Positions 46,205 to 54,712 of a stretch of DNA of 64,000 nucleotides are shown one piece after another. Below the pieces are notes generated by a model. It was not told where the DNA came from. It made no database searches and was given only the letters and a program-made list of their open reading frames with translations. The stretch is taken from positions 62,001 through 126,000 of the IMG/VR virus record IMGVR_UViG_3300031787_007614; one strand, 5' to 3'. Made by a program: the position numbers and the translations under genes. Position 1 is the stretch's first letter. Each line of letters starts with the position of its first letter.

Positions 46205-46889
46205 TTTTGATGCCAAACAGTTGCAGTAGGTTCACAAAAATGTTGATGAAGTCCATGTACAATGTGAGCGCACCTAAGATTTCTGCAGGTGTATCTGCGT
46301 CATCTGTGGATACCATTTCACGGATTTGTTGTGTGTCGTAGGCTGTGAGGCCCAGGAATATAATGATCGCAATGGCAGAGATAACCATGGTCATCACTGA
46401 ACTGCCAATAAAGATGTTCACAATACTTGCAATGATTATGGCAACAAGTCCTATGATCAAAAATTGCCCAAAGCTCTCCAAACTGCGTTTGGTAAAGTAT
46501 CCGTAAAAACTCATGGTAGCAAACAGAATGGCACTTGAAGCAAACGCCATTACCAAACTACCTGTGGTATAAACATGCACAATGGCGCCCATGCTCAGGC
46601 CCATTACACCTGCGAATCCATGCAACAGTCCCACAGCCACTCGGTGTGGTGGGTTGTTGGCCAGTGCATAACTAACTCCAAATACTGCTACCAAGGGCAA
46701 GAACAGCGTGATCCATTTCATCACTCCAGTGAAAAAGAATGCCATTGCGGCTGGACTGGATGCTACTAATCCAGCTACTACGGCACTGGTCACAATGGCC
46801 ATGAGCATATGATTGTACACACGCAACATGGCCGAATTGACTTCACCTGCTGTTCTGTAAGATGTTTCCTGTATGGTTGCTTCGTACAT
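46194..46889 (-). CDS. Bax inhibitor-1 / YccA family membrane protein
   Basis: about 7 TM helices; RVY..M, YGY.TKR.L, TAYDTQ.I, GAL.LY.DFIN.F. Confidence 0.9.
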   Translation of the reverse strand: MYEATIQETSYRTAGEVNSAMLRVYNHMLMAIVTSAVVAGLVASSPAAMAFFFTGVMKWITLFLPLVAVFGVSYALANNPPHRVAVGLLHGFAGVMGLSMGAIVHVYTTGSLVMAFASSAILFATMSFYGYFTKRSLESFGQFLIIGLVAIIIASIVNIFIGSSVMTMVISAIAIIIFLGLTAYDTQQIREMVSTDDADTPAEILGALTLYMDFINIFVNLLQLFGIKNDD

Positions 46890-47031
46890 GATGTTCTCCT
46901 CGAAGTTTACTATAATGGTGAGCCCGAGCAAATTTGTTTTGAATCAATTGCTCGCGTTGCTCTCGGGACATAAACATGGGCCAAGATTCCTCATGTGGTT
47001 TATGTAATTGCTGTTCCTTATCCTTGGTCAT
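46843..47031 (-). CDS. hypothetical protein
   Basis: 62-aa ORF, ATGA-coupled to the upstream gene. Confidence 0.45.
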   Translation of the reverse strand: MTKDKEQQLHKPHEESWPMFMSREQREQLIQNKFARAHHYSKLRGEHHVRSNHTGNILQNSR

Positions 47032-47213
47032 TTTGCGGCTAGTGCTTCTTTCTCAGCGGTAATTTCTTTACGGCGCTCTTTGATGGCTTTGCTCATCTCT
47101 TGCAAGGCCTTGCGGGCACGAGCGGCAGCGGCTTTCACACCCTTGCCAGTAAATTTTTCGTTCTCTGAAATATAAGTTTCGAAAGCGGTTTTGAGTTGTT
47201 CATGATTGGTCAT
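47028..47213 (-). CDS. histone-H1-like (Hc1-type) small basic protein
   Basis: KGVKAAAARARKALQEMSKAIKERRKEI. Confidence 0.7.
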   Translation of the reverse strand: MTNHEQLKTAFETYISENEKFTGKGVKAAAARARKALQEMSKAIKERRKEITAEKEALAAK

Positions 47214-47237
47214 AGATGTTTCCTTTGTAAAATACTA

Positions 47238-47266
47238 ATTATACATTGTGCGTCTCACAATGTCAA
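47238..47266 (-). promoter_or_regulatory. consensus sigma70 promoter
   Basis: TTGACA-N17-TATAAT. Confidence 0.8.
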
Positions 47267-47293
47267 GAAAAACTTGGAGTTTTGGCACTCCAC

Positions 47294-47539
47294 CTAGATG
47301 TAGATGTGGCGCCGGTTCCAAGTGTCCCATACTGTCACTGCGTCCCAATTGTGTGTCCACGAAATTAAAAATCTATCAAACGCTTGTTGATGATGTAGCA
47401 TCATTCGATTGCCTGACACGGTGGCGTGATCAACTCTATGTTCTTTGATCCAAGCCTTGAGCTGGCTTTCTGCTTGATTGTTGTTTCGTACAATCACAAT
47501 GTACAGCGGTTCGGCTGTACGAAACTGAGTTATAGACAT
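47294..47539 (-). CDS. hypothetical protein
   Basis: 81-aa ORF abutting the upstream stop. Confidence 0.65.
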   Translation of the reverse strand: MSITQFRTAEPLYIVIVRNNNQAESQLKAWIKEHRVDHATVSGNRMMLHHQQAFDRFLISWTHNWDAVTVWDTWNRRHIYI

Positions 47540-47797
47540 TTAGTGGATTATGGCACCTTTGGGAATTTGCGGTGCTAGGCGTTCAACAATATTTAATTGC
47601 GCGGCAATCTCACCAAAATTTTCTTCTATTTCGATGCGCTCTGAATCATGTTTGCTGGCAGTTTCATCGTCTACACCCATGAGTCTCATAGCGGCACCCA
47701 CATGCATGGTTCGTCGGCCATTAACATACAGCACTGCCATGATCTCCAACAGCATGTTCTTTGCATAATGGTAGACTTTGTCGTCTTCGTCTTGCAT
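47540..47797 (-). CDS. hypothetical protein
   Basis: likely start MQDEDD. Confidence 0.6.
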   Translation of the reverse strand: MQDEDDKVYHYAKNMLLEIMAVLYVNGRRTMHVGAAMRLMGVDDETASKHDSERIEIEENFGEIAAQLNIVERLAPQIPKGAIIH

Positions 47798-47817
47798 AGT
47801 ATTAATTAGCACAAATA

Positions 47818-47850
47818 AAAAAAAGCGGCCCAATTCGAGCCGCTGTTTTT
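47818..47850. terminator. intrinsic terminator
   Basis: AGCGGC-loop-GCCGCT flanked by A and T runs. Confidence 0.6.
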
Positions 47851-47863
47851 GTGCTGTGTACTA

Positions 47864-48220
47864 TCAGGCTTTGGCAGCCTCAACCAATTGCTCGGCAGTA
47901 ACAGACTTGGTGGCTTTGGCTTTGACACCTTTAGCAGCCACTTTGACTTCGCCTTTCTTGGCGACTTTGGCACGTTCGGCCAGCTTGTTGGCTACCACGT
48001 AGCCGGCATCACCTTCGGTGATACCCAGGGTCTGCAAGTGTTGCAGAGCTTCTATCTTGGTCATTGCACGGGGCAACTCAACCAAGTTGATCTCAGTGCA
48101 TCCAGCCTTGTTTAGGATCTTGATGCGGGCTACCAGGTCGTTTGCAAAACGAGCCTTAACGGTGCCATCGGCGTTGATTGCGGTACCAGCCACGGTAAAA
48201 GTTTTTTCAGTTGCGGACAT
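47864..48220 (-). CDS. hypothetical protein with Lys/Ala-rich tail
   Basis: FTVAG..KARFAND motif; start MSATEK. Confidence 0.7.
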   Translation of the reverse strand: MSATEKTFTVAGTAINADGTVKARFANDLVARIKILNKAGCTEINLVELPRAMTKIEALQHLQTLGITEGDAGYVVANKLAERAKVAKKGEVKVAAKGVKAKATKSVTAEQLVEAAKA

Positions 48221-48288
48221 AATGTTGCCTTTCAAAGTTTACTTACAGAGTTTAAAAAATGTTTTGCATCGCTGCTCAACATATCAAT

Positions 48289-48319
48289 ATTATAGCAAAA
48301 GAGCAGATTCTGGTCAACC
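48289..48319 (-). promoter_or_regulatory. repeat-family early promoter
   Basis: GGTTGACC-N17-TATAAT. Confidence 0.7.
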
Positions 48320-48353
48320 ACTTTTGCAATAATTTTGATTTGATTTGCCCAAA

Positions 48354-48482
48354 TCACTGGGCCAGTTCCTTGCTTTGGGTTTGGATGGTTTGCACACCTT
48401 TGTCAAACATTCGAGCAATGCCCGAAAAGCCGACAGCACTGACCACCAAGCCTAAAATGAATCCAATTATGAGTTTGCTCAT
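48354..48482 (-). CDS. 42-aa membrane protein (not in ORF track)
   Basis: MSKLIIGFILGLVVSAVGFSGIARMFDKGVQTIQTQSKELAQ*; AAGGA RBS. Confidence 0.65.
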   Translation of the reverse strand: MSKLIIGFILGLVVSAVGFSGIARMFDKGVQTIQTQSKELAQ

Positions 48483-48491
48483 GATGTTTCC

Positions 48492-49283
48492 TTATACAAT
48501 TTTAACACGGTTCAGTTGAGTTTTACCATCGCGGTAGCCCTTGACAGTACCAGTAATGGTATGACGATCACCGGCCTTGAGTGCGACCTTGTAACTAAAG
48601 AACACCGGCTGATCAGCGTCATTCACAGCATTGACCCAGTAGATGTTGAAGTTCTGGCTGTAACTGGCACTCACCACTTCTACATCCATGCCTACCTTGT
48701 CACCCACGGAGCCAACTGTGCCACCAGTTGCTTTCTTCAAGCGGGCTTGCTGTTCTTGACGAGCCATACTGCGCAGATGGCTTTGGGGCAAGCAGGCAAT
48801 CACTGCCAGTTCATATCGATGTTGTTGCGGAAAGAAGCGATCTGTTACTGCCAGCACCTTCTGAGTGGATTGATCAAAGTCATTCAGCTGACCCTTGAGC
48901 GCACGGAAGGTAAGATCATTGCGCAGGAAATTCTGGCACTCCGCACCTTGTGCAATATCTTCTGGCAACAGGCATTCAGGGTGATGCAGGAATTGCAACA
49001 TGACATCACGGTTACGTGGCGTGGTACTCAGCACTTCGCCTTGCTCACCCATGATGTTGCGACCCTCTTTCAGGTACTCACCATTGATGCGTTGAGCGGC
49101 ACAGGCAGCGGCCCACACATTTTCTACAGCATAGCCAGGATGCCCGCCACCGGGTGTGACTTGCACAGAACGGCGTGCGCCACGACGTGGGCGAAGCTCA
49201 TCAGGGGTGTCATCATCAGCATGACCTAGACGTTGCACTTCTCGAGTGCTCCAGCCAGTGACGTCAATAAAACCTGCCATCAT
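48492..49283 (-). CDS. hypothetical protein with possible C-terminal OB-fold
   Basis: start MMAGF after AAGGAG; VGSVGDK...ITGTVKG...TQLNRVK. Confidence 0.65.
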   Translation of the reverse strand: MMAGFIDVTGWSTREVQRLGHADDDTPDELRPRRGARRSVQVTPGGGHPGYAVENVWAAACAAQRINGEYLKEGRNIMGEQGEVLSTTPRNRDVMLQFLHHPECLLPEDIAQGAECQNFLRNDLTFRALKGQLNDFDQSTQKVLAVTDRFFPQQHRYELAVIACLPQSHLRSMARQEQQARLKKATGGTVGSVGDKVGMDVEVVSASYSQNFNIYWVNAVNDADQPVFFSYKVALKAGDRHTITGTVKGYRDGKTQLNRVKIV

Positions 49284-49293
49284 GTTCTGCTCC

Positions 49294-49539
49294 TTAGCAA
49301 TAAAAAGGTGTGCGGAAACCCAGGGCGGAGTACACACATTCGCGCACAGCAGTGTCGGTGGCTTCGCCAAATTCTGCCTGCTCACTCAATGCACACAAGG
49401 CACGATAAGTCTGGGGCCAGGTGAGTTTGTTTTCACGAGCCGACACAACCACGGCATGAACTGCGGCGTTGCCAAGTTCGGTGAACATAGCATAGTCTTT
49501 GATGCCGCCTGTCAAGTTGTATTCAATTTCAATTTCCAT
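49294..49539 (-). CDS. hypothetical early protein
   Basis: start MEIEIE after the repeat promoter/RBS; EATDTAVRE motif. Confidence 0.7.
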   Translation of the reverse strand: MEIEIEYNLTGGIKDYAMFTELGNAAVHAVVVSARENKLTWPQTYRALCALSEQAEFGEATDTAVRECVYSALGFRTPFYC

Positions 49540-49540
49540 T

Positions 49541-49600
49541 TTGAACTCCTTTTTGCTTAACATGTCCATATTATAGCATTTTGGCAATTATTGGTCAACC
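49541..49600 (-). repeat. early promoter/RBS repeat element
   Basis: GGTTGACCAATAATTGCCAAAATGCTATAAT...AAAAAGGAG. Confidence 0.8.
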
Positions 49601-50085
49601 GTTTCTGCCTGCAGAGCCTCGCTCAACAGAGTTAGGCGCTTGCTAAGGGGGTGGGTGTTTTCGTATGTAGTACCAACATACCACACGCCATCTTTCATGA
49701 TGTAGTAGAACTCAGCACCACACCCATCAGCCTGCTCAAGGAACTCTTCAAAGGTGTCGGCTACTTTCCACTCACAGCCAGTCTCGCCGCGATCGCGACC
49801 GTAAAAGGTGCACCAGCCTTCGCTCTTGACCAGTTCCATCAAGGCCAATTTGGCTTCACGCTCAGGGTCATCTTCTTTGATCTCAAACTGGGAGAACGGA
49901 TGTGCTTGACCTATCACTGGGCCCAGGCTTGACATGTCACCCAGAGACACCAAGTGGTTGGCGCGAGCACTATCATAGTGATTTTGTAGGATCTGACCAT
50001 TGTGCTCTAGATAGCCGTCCCAGTGACAGTAAATTGATTTGACTTTGTCACCGTGCATAACACCAATTCTTGAACGTGTACCCAT
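49588..50085 (-). CDS. hypothetical early protein
   Basis: MGTRSRIG..SIYCHWDGY, FYGRDRGE motifs. Confidence 0.75.
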   Translation of the reverse strand: MGTRSRIGVMHGDKVKSIYCHWDGYLEHNGQILQNHYDSARANHLVSLGDMSSLGPVIGQAHPFSQFEIKEDDPEREAKLALMELVKSEGWCTFYGRDRGETGCEWKVADTFEEFLEQADGCGAEFYYIMKDGVWYVGTTYENTHPLSKRLTLLSEALQAETVDQ

Positions 50086-50091
50086 TTTGGA

Positions 50092-50148
50092 CTCCTTTGT
50101 GTTAACTAGTCTCTATTATAGCAAATTGGGATTTTTTGGTCAACCAAA
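50092..50148 (-). repeat. early promoter/RBS repeat (57 bp, 1 mismatch to 50421-50477)
   Basis: direct sequence comparison. Confidence 0.9.
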
Positions 50149-50415
50149 TTCATACATGTGCTGGGCCATGCTGGGATCCAATTGAACCAGGGCAGTTGCG
50201 GCCGCATTAAGCTCGCGATAGCGTCGATTGACTTCTGCACGAGGCAGTTCACCGTCACAGCTGAGATTCTCAGGGCTAAGAGCGCAGTCAATCATTTTGG
50301 CCACTCGCAGGCGGCCTGCCTCAGTTTGAATTTCGTACAAGGGTTCTGTACGCTGACCTCGGAACAAGGCCTGGTATTTGTTCTGACGATCAATGTAGGC
50401 TTGCAGTGCTTTCAT
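50140..50415 (-). CDS. hypothetical early protein
   Basis: LSPENLSCDGEL motif; bracketed by the repeats. Confidence 0.75.
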   Translation of the reverse strand: MKALQAYIDRQNKYQALFRGQRTEPLYEIQTEAGRLRVAKMIDCALSPENLSCDGELPRAEVNRRYRELNAAATALVQLDPSMAQHMYEFG

Positions 50416-50420
50416 CTTGG

Positions 50421-50477
50421 CTCCTTTGTGTTAACTAGTCTCTATTATAGCAAATTGGGATTTATTGGTCAACCAAA
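50421..50477 (-). repeat. early promoter/RBS repeat
   Basis: TTTGGTTGACCAATAAATCCCAATTTGCTATAATAGAGACTAGTTAACACAAAGGAG. Confidence 0.9.
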
Positions 50478-50654
50478 ATAGTTGTCAACGGCACCTTCAA
50501 TGCCTTCCTCAAAGGTGTCCGAATAGTAGCCTGGGATGTCTTGCTCAAAGAAGGCTTTTAGTTCTTTCTTGGAGGGAGTCTTGCCTGTGAGTTCTTTGGC
50601 ATACTCTTTGACAGCTTCGATAGCAGACTTAGGTACAGTGATAGTGATTTCCAT
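50469..50654 (-). CDS. hypothetical early protein
   Basis: start MEITIT after AAGGAG; stop lies inside the next repeat. Confidence 0.7.
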   Translation of the reverse strand: MEITITVPKSAIEAVKEYAKELTGKTPSKKELKAFFEQDIPGYYSDTFEEGIEGAVDNYFG

Positions 50655-50659
50655 TTGCG

Positions 50660-50715
50660 GCTCCTTTTGCGTTAATATGTCCATAGTATAGCAGATCGGG
50701 AATTATTGGTCAACC
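50660..50715 (-). repeat. early promoter/RBS repeat
   Basis: GGTTGACCAATAATTCCCGATCTGCTATACT...AAAAGGAG. Confidence 0.8.
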
Positions 50716-50716
50716 C

Positions 50717-50747
50717 AAAAAAAAGCCCTACAATCTGTAGGGCTTTT
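50717..50747 (-). terminator. intrinsic terminator
   Basis: AAAAGCCCTACA-gat-TGTAGGGCTTTTTTTT. Confidence 0.8.
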
Positions 50748-50761
50748 GTAGTACTTGAGTA

Positions 50762-50971
50762 TTACTTTTTGAACTCGCGTTGCACATAGTACTTGACCAA
50801 GGCTCGCTGGCACATGGTGATCAAGTCCCCATGGTCCTCGGGCACAATAAAACGATATGGGCATCGTCCCCAAGACTTGTGCGTGACAAATTGATTGTAC
50901 CAACGTCGATGTTCTCGGTTGGCAGGATCAAACACAGTGTACGGTCGAGAGTTAAATTGTAAAATGCTCAT
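50762..50971 (-). CDS. hypothetical protein
   Basis: FDPANREHR...WG.CP.RF motif. Confidence 0.7.
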   Translation of the reverse strand: MSILQFNSRPYTVFDPANREHRRWYNQFVTHKSWGRCPYRFIVPEDHGDLITMCQRALVKYYVQREFKK

Positions 50972-50978
50972 GTTGGTA

Positions 50979-51287
50979 CTATCTAATTTGCGTTACTTTG
51001 AGATGTCGTTCTTGCACAATGTCTTTAACAAAATCTAGCAGTTGCTCGGCACTCCATCCGTTGTCTAACCATTCGGTTTGCCACTCATCAAGTCTCCAAA
51101 GCATATCTCTATGAATAGTTTTAATGACGTTTTCTAAACGCTTAACATGTGCAGTAGGTCCTTCAAACAGATATTTGAATTCTGCTTCACCACCCCACGC
51201 ACCTGTGTAGTCTTTGGCACGGCGCTCATGATTGGATGTAATGCCAAAGCCCAATCTATAAGGTCCTGGTAAAATATAAAAGTACAT
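50979..51287 (-). CDS. possible GIY-YIG / T5orf172-like small protein
   Basis: YFYIL...GFGIT..HERR...Y...LE..IK pattern; family call tentative. Confidence 0.55.
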   Translation of the reverse strand: MYFYILPGPYRLGFGITSNHERRAKDYTGAWGGEAEFKYLFEGPTAHVKRLENVIKTIHRDMLWRLDEWQTEWLDNGWSAEQLLDFVKDIVQERHLKVTQIR

Positions 51288-51290
51288 AAT

Positions 51291-52418
51291 TTACTCGTAC
51301 AATGCTTTGATGTCGTCGTCGATAAAATCCATGATCTTTTCAAACCTGTCCAACATGTGTTGTGGCAATTGTTGTGTGCCCCCCATGCGTTGATACATGT
51401 GCAACAACACTACCGCAATGGCGTCATCTTGCCAAGGAAACTTTTCAATATTGTATACTGCCTTGCCCCAACGCTTGTGAGCGGCATGAACTGCTTCGTG
51501 GAATTCTGCCAAACCAGCAAAACACCCTTGCAGTAGACCTGCTAACTCACCTAAGAAATTGTCGGTAATTTTAATATTAGCCGCATCAAACCCAGTTTTA
51601 ATGTCGTCAAACATAAACCACAAAGAACCATTGATAGGATCGTAGTGGAAATATTCATTGTGAAACTTACAAGCCAATTCTAGTGTAGCATCGGGCAAAC
51701 TAAATGCCTTCATGTGGGTGAAAGCGCCAGGAGTAGTACCGGCATGTGGGCTATCCTCGTCCACTGCATAACAATTGTACTTTTCACAAATGGTTTGTTT
51801 ACGCTCTGCATCTACGTCATCTTCATCTTCACTGCCATCGATTCGCACACTCATAACTTTGGTGCGGTGCTCATACCAGGGACTAATTTTCTTTTTGCCT
51901 TTGCCGTTGATCAATGCAAAGGCTTTGCGAGCAAACGCCTTGTTGTCTGTTTCGATGTATAACACCGGAACTTCAACGTTGCGCCAATCTGTTTCACCTT
52001 CAAATACGCCGGCGGCTACCATAGCGGCTACAATTGTGGCAGTATGTTGACCATCTACTGCATGATATTCATCTAGTCCCGGCGCTTTAATACAATACAC
52101 AACTTGGAGAAGTCTAGGATCAAATATACCAATGGTAGAAATCTTGCGACAATGCTTGGGATCCAATGCACGTTGGATGTCTTCATCAATCAACAATAAA
52201 CCAAGTTTAACCATTTTAATCATAGGACGCAGACTTGGGCTAAGTTTAATTCCCGAAGTCTGATATGATTCCATCAGCTTGACCCACTCTTTGTACGACT
52301 GGAGTTCAGTAATTCTGGTCTCAAGGTCTACCACAGTGGCAATGGTATTTTTTAAAGGATTGAGATTTTTCAGTTTATTCGGCTTGCGCACAACTTCTTC
52401 GTAGGCTGGGATCATCAA
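51291..52418 (-). CDS. ParB-like / DGQHR-type domain protein
   Basis: IDEDIQRAL, AVDGQHT, AFALING. Confidence 0.65.
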   Translation of the reverse strand: MMIPAYEEVVRKPNKLKNLNPLKNTIATVVDLETRITELQSYKEWVKLMESYQTSGIKLSPSLRPMIKMVKLGLLLIDEDIQRALDPKHCRKISTIGIFDPRLLQVVYCIKAPGLDEYHAVDGQHTATIVAAMVAAGVFEGETDWRNVEVPVLYIETDNKAFARKAFALINGKGKKKISPWYEHRTKVMSVRIDGSEDEDDVDAERKQTICEKYNCYAVDEDSPHAGTTPGAFTHMKAFSLPDATLELACKFHNEYFHYDPINGSLWFMFDDIKTGFDAANIKITDNFLGELAGLLQGCFAGLAEFHEAVHAAHKRWGKAVYNIEKFPWQDDAIAVVLLHMYQRMGGTQQLPQHMLDRFEKIMDFIDDDIKALYE

Positions 52419-52420
52419 AG

Positions 52421-52473
52421 GCTCCTTGGTTAAGATGTATGTAGTATAGCAAATTGGGAAATATTGGTCAACC
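52421..52473 (-). repeat. early promoter/RBS repeat
   Basis: GGTTGACCAATATTTCCCAATTTGCTATACT...AAGGAG. Confidence 0.8.
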
Positions 52474-52799
52474 TAGACAATGGCCGCTTTTTGCGTTTGG
52501 CGATCACTGTGGAACACCGTGCCAATCTCTCGAATGGTGTCAGCGGCATGCTGTGGCGATGCCTCAAACATTTCGCGAATGTCCTCGGCTGTGATGCCTT
52601 TCACAGTTTCAAACACATAGATTTCATAGTGCCGCTGAGAGTTGTACCGAGCCCGCAGGCGCCAGTGCAAGATGTTGGGAAGTTTAGGCGGTTCTGTACC
52701 TTTGAGCAAGGCAAAGGTGGTTTCAGCAGGATCGGGCAGTTGTTCCACGGCCTCAAGGCCATTGCAGTCCCACATCACAGCAAAGCGATTGTGTTTCAC
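52473..52799 (-). CDS. hypothetical protein
   Basis: MWDCNGLE, LRARYNSQRHYEIY motifs. Confidence 0.7.
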   Translation of the reverse strand: MKHNRFAVMWDCNGLEAVEQLPDPAETTFALLKGTEPPKLPNILHWRLRARYNSQRHYEIYVFETVKGITAEDIREMFEASPQHAADTIREIGTVFHSDRQTQKAAIV

Positions 52800-53020
52800 A
52801 GTCGGAACCTTGCCAACACGGCTTGCGCTTCGGTTATGTCTTCCACTGCTTGGTCGTCTACCAGCGCCAGCTCTTGCATGGCCAATTCTGTACGAGCCGC
52901 TTGAAGCAGTTCCAATGCATATTTGTAATCATCTGCATCAGCGTAGAAATGCCATTCTTCTAGCGTTTCTTTGCTGGCGTTCATCAAGAAGTTAAGATTG
53001 TCGCGGTCCCAGTCGTTCAT
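52796..53020 (-). CDS. hypothetical protein
   Basis: 74 aa; AGGAG RBS. Confidence 0.7.
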   Translation of the reverse strand: MNDWDRDNLNFLMNASKETLEEWHFYADADDYKYALELLQAARTELAMQELALVDDQAVEDITEAQAVLARFRL

Positions 53021-53045
53021 TCAAATCTCCTAAAAACATGCTTTA

Positions 53046-53074
53046 AGTATAGCATGAATGAGATTATTAGTCAA
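53046..53074 (-). promoter_or_regulatory. sigma70-type early promoter
   Basis: TTGACT-N17-TATACT. Confidence 0.7.
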
Positions 53075-53093
53075 GTACTACTGAAGTATTAGT

Positions 53094-53339
53094 TTATGCC
53101 CAGTGTAGCACAAACGCAAAGAAGTCGCGGTCAGAGTCAAAGTAAAAAATGTATCTGCCAGGGCGGTGATCCGAACTGCCATCAATCAGTTGCCAACGCC
53201 ACTCATCTATCAGTTCAGTTTTGCACCAAGCCAGCACACGATCCAGTTCGCCGTAGGGTTTGAGAATTTCACGAGCATAGCGGAAGCTGTCCCCTGGGCG
53301 TATTTCTTGTGAAGAATGATGTCTTAGCAGGTTCATCAA
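53094..53339 (-). CDS. small protein of the F-x-L-x-W C-terminal motif family
   Basis: ends FYFDSDRDFFAFVLHWA. Confidence 0.7.
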   Translation of the reverse strand: MMNLLRHHSSQEIRPGDSFRYAREILKPYGELDRVLAWCKTELIDEWRWQLIDGSSDHRPGRYIFYFDSDRDFFAFVLHWA

Positions 53340-54154
53340 TAGTATGTATTGGCAAATTCCTGTGGTTGCAAATTTTGATCCAGCACATGATTGTACATGA
53401 TGTTTTTAACTGTGTTCAATCGATCAATTTTTGTTCTACTGCCCAGTACCACAATCACATACTGTTGTCCACGTTGATTGGCAACCAAGCCCACACACCA
53501 CCCAGCAGCCGAAGTCAGTCCAGTTTTGCTTACCACAATGTTGTCGAATGTGAACAAGATGTTGCCCGAAGTGTGGTCTAACCGAATGGTTCGGATTTGT
53601 TTTTTGTGCCGTGTTTCCAAGGCCACTTGTTTTTTAGTACTGGTCTCACGGATAAACCAATAGTTGGAAGCCAAAGTTATCATTGCAGCCACATCATGCA
53701 CTGTGGAGGTGTTGGCAGCACCCAGTCCCGAAGCATCTTCAAACTGTGTGTGTTTGAGATCCCAAGCCTGAGCTTGACTGTTCATTCGTGCAATAAAAGC
53801 AGTTCTGCCGCCAGGATAATCTTCTGCTAGAGTTTCGGCAGCCGCGTTGTCAGATTTTACCAACATGGCTTCCAGCAGTTGTTCTCTAGTGTATTGTTGC
53901 CTGGGCAAATAACTGCCCACACGCTTGGTCAGTGTGAGTCGTCTGCTGAGATCCTTGTCATAGTCCAAGGCAACCATGGCAGTCATGATCTTGGTGATTG
54001 ACGCAATGGCTCGCACACGATCCGCATTGCGAGAGAGTTCAATATGATTGGTACTGGTGTTTAGTAGTAGTACTGATTCTGAATTTGGTGTGGGCCGGAC
54101 AGGCTTGGCCACAGCCACATTTGCCATCATCGCAAGTATCAAAATCCATCGCAT
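53336..54154 (-). CDS. peptidase S11 D-Ala-D-Ala carboxy/endopeptidase (PBP7-like)
   Basis: signal peptide; SxxK (ASITK), SDN, KTG. Confidence 0.9.
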   Translation of the reverse strand: MRWILILAMMANVAVAKPVRPTPNSESVLLLNTSTNHIELSRNADRVRAIASITKIMTAMVALDYDKDLSRRLTLTKRVGSYLPRQQYTREQLLEAMLVKSDNAAAETLAEDYPGGRTAFIARMNSQAQAWDLKHTQFEDASGLGAANTSTVHDVAAMITLASNYWFIRETSTKKQVALETRHKKQIRTIRLDHTSGNILFTFDNIVVSKTGLTSAAGWCVGLVANQRGQQYVIVVLGSRTKIDRLNTVKNIMYNHVLDQNLQPQEFANTYY

Positions 54155-54161
54155 GATTTAC

Positions 54162-54509
54162 TTATGCCCAACGCAACATGAACCAAGCCAGGTCCTTTTC
54201 ATCTCTAAACCAAAATTTAGCATTGTTGGCATACCAACGCCCATTGGGTTCAGTCTGCCAAGGTGAAGATAATTCTCCAAATGCATGATTGCACCACAGC
54301 ATCATATCATCCCACAGTCGGCGACTGTCTTGCCATTCAAGATTGCGTGGTTCCACTGTGTGATATTGAGTGCCAAACACTGTGCCAGTATCACGCACCA
54401 ATTGCACATCTTTGTAGTAGCCCATACTTTTCAATACACTGCGGTCAATCTCGGCGGCAAGTTGTTTGGCGGCTGTTTCAATAATATCTTGTTCTATGTT
54501 CATGCCCAT
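54162..54509 (-). CDS. small protein of the F-x-L-x-W C-terminal motif family
   Basis: ends FWFRDEKDLAWFMLRWA. Confidence 0.7.
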   Translation of the reverse strand: MGMNIEQDIIETAAKQLAAEIDRSVLKSMGYYKDVQLVRDTGTVFGTQYHTVEPRNLEWQDSRRLWDDMMLWCNHAFGELSSPWQTEPNGRWYANNAKFWFRDEKDLAWFMLRWA

Positions 54510-54712
54510 TTCAACTGATAAAATGTTGCCAAGGACGGACTGCGGAAAATAAAAGTCACATGCTTAGAGCGTTCTTGAGTGAAGCCATCCCACATGGGCG
54601 GATGCCATTCCCACTCAAAATCTTCATGCATGACCAAGCCATCACGCACCAGTTGGTCTTTCAACCATAAGGCTTCGATGGGTTCTATGTCTGTAATGAC
54701 AACTCTATGCAT
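54500..54712 (-). CDS. small protein of the F-x-L-x-W C-terminal motif family
   Basis: ends FIFRSPSLATFYQLKWA. Confidence 0.65.
   Translation of the reverse strand: MHRVVITDIEPIEALWLKDQLVRDGLVMHEDFEWEWHPPMWDGFTQERSKHVTFIFRSPSLATFYQLKWA

Noticed and set aside
49541-52473. CRISPR array or integron attC array
   Set aside because: The repeats are non-palindromic promoter/RBS elements separated by whole genes of variable length; no cas gene or integrase is present in the window.
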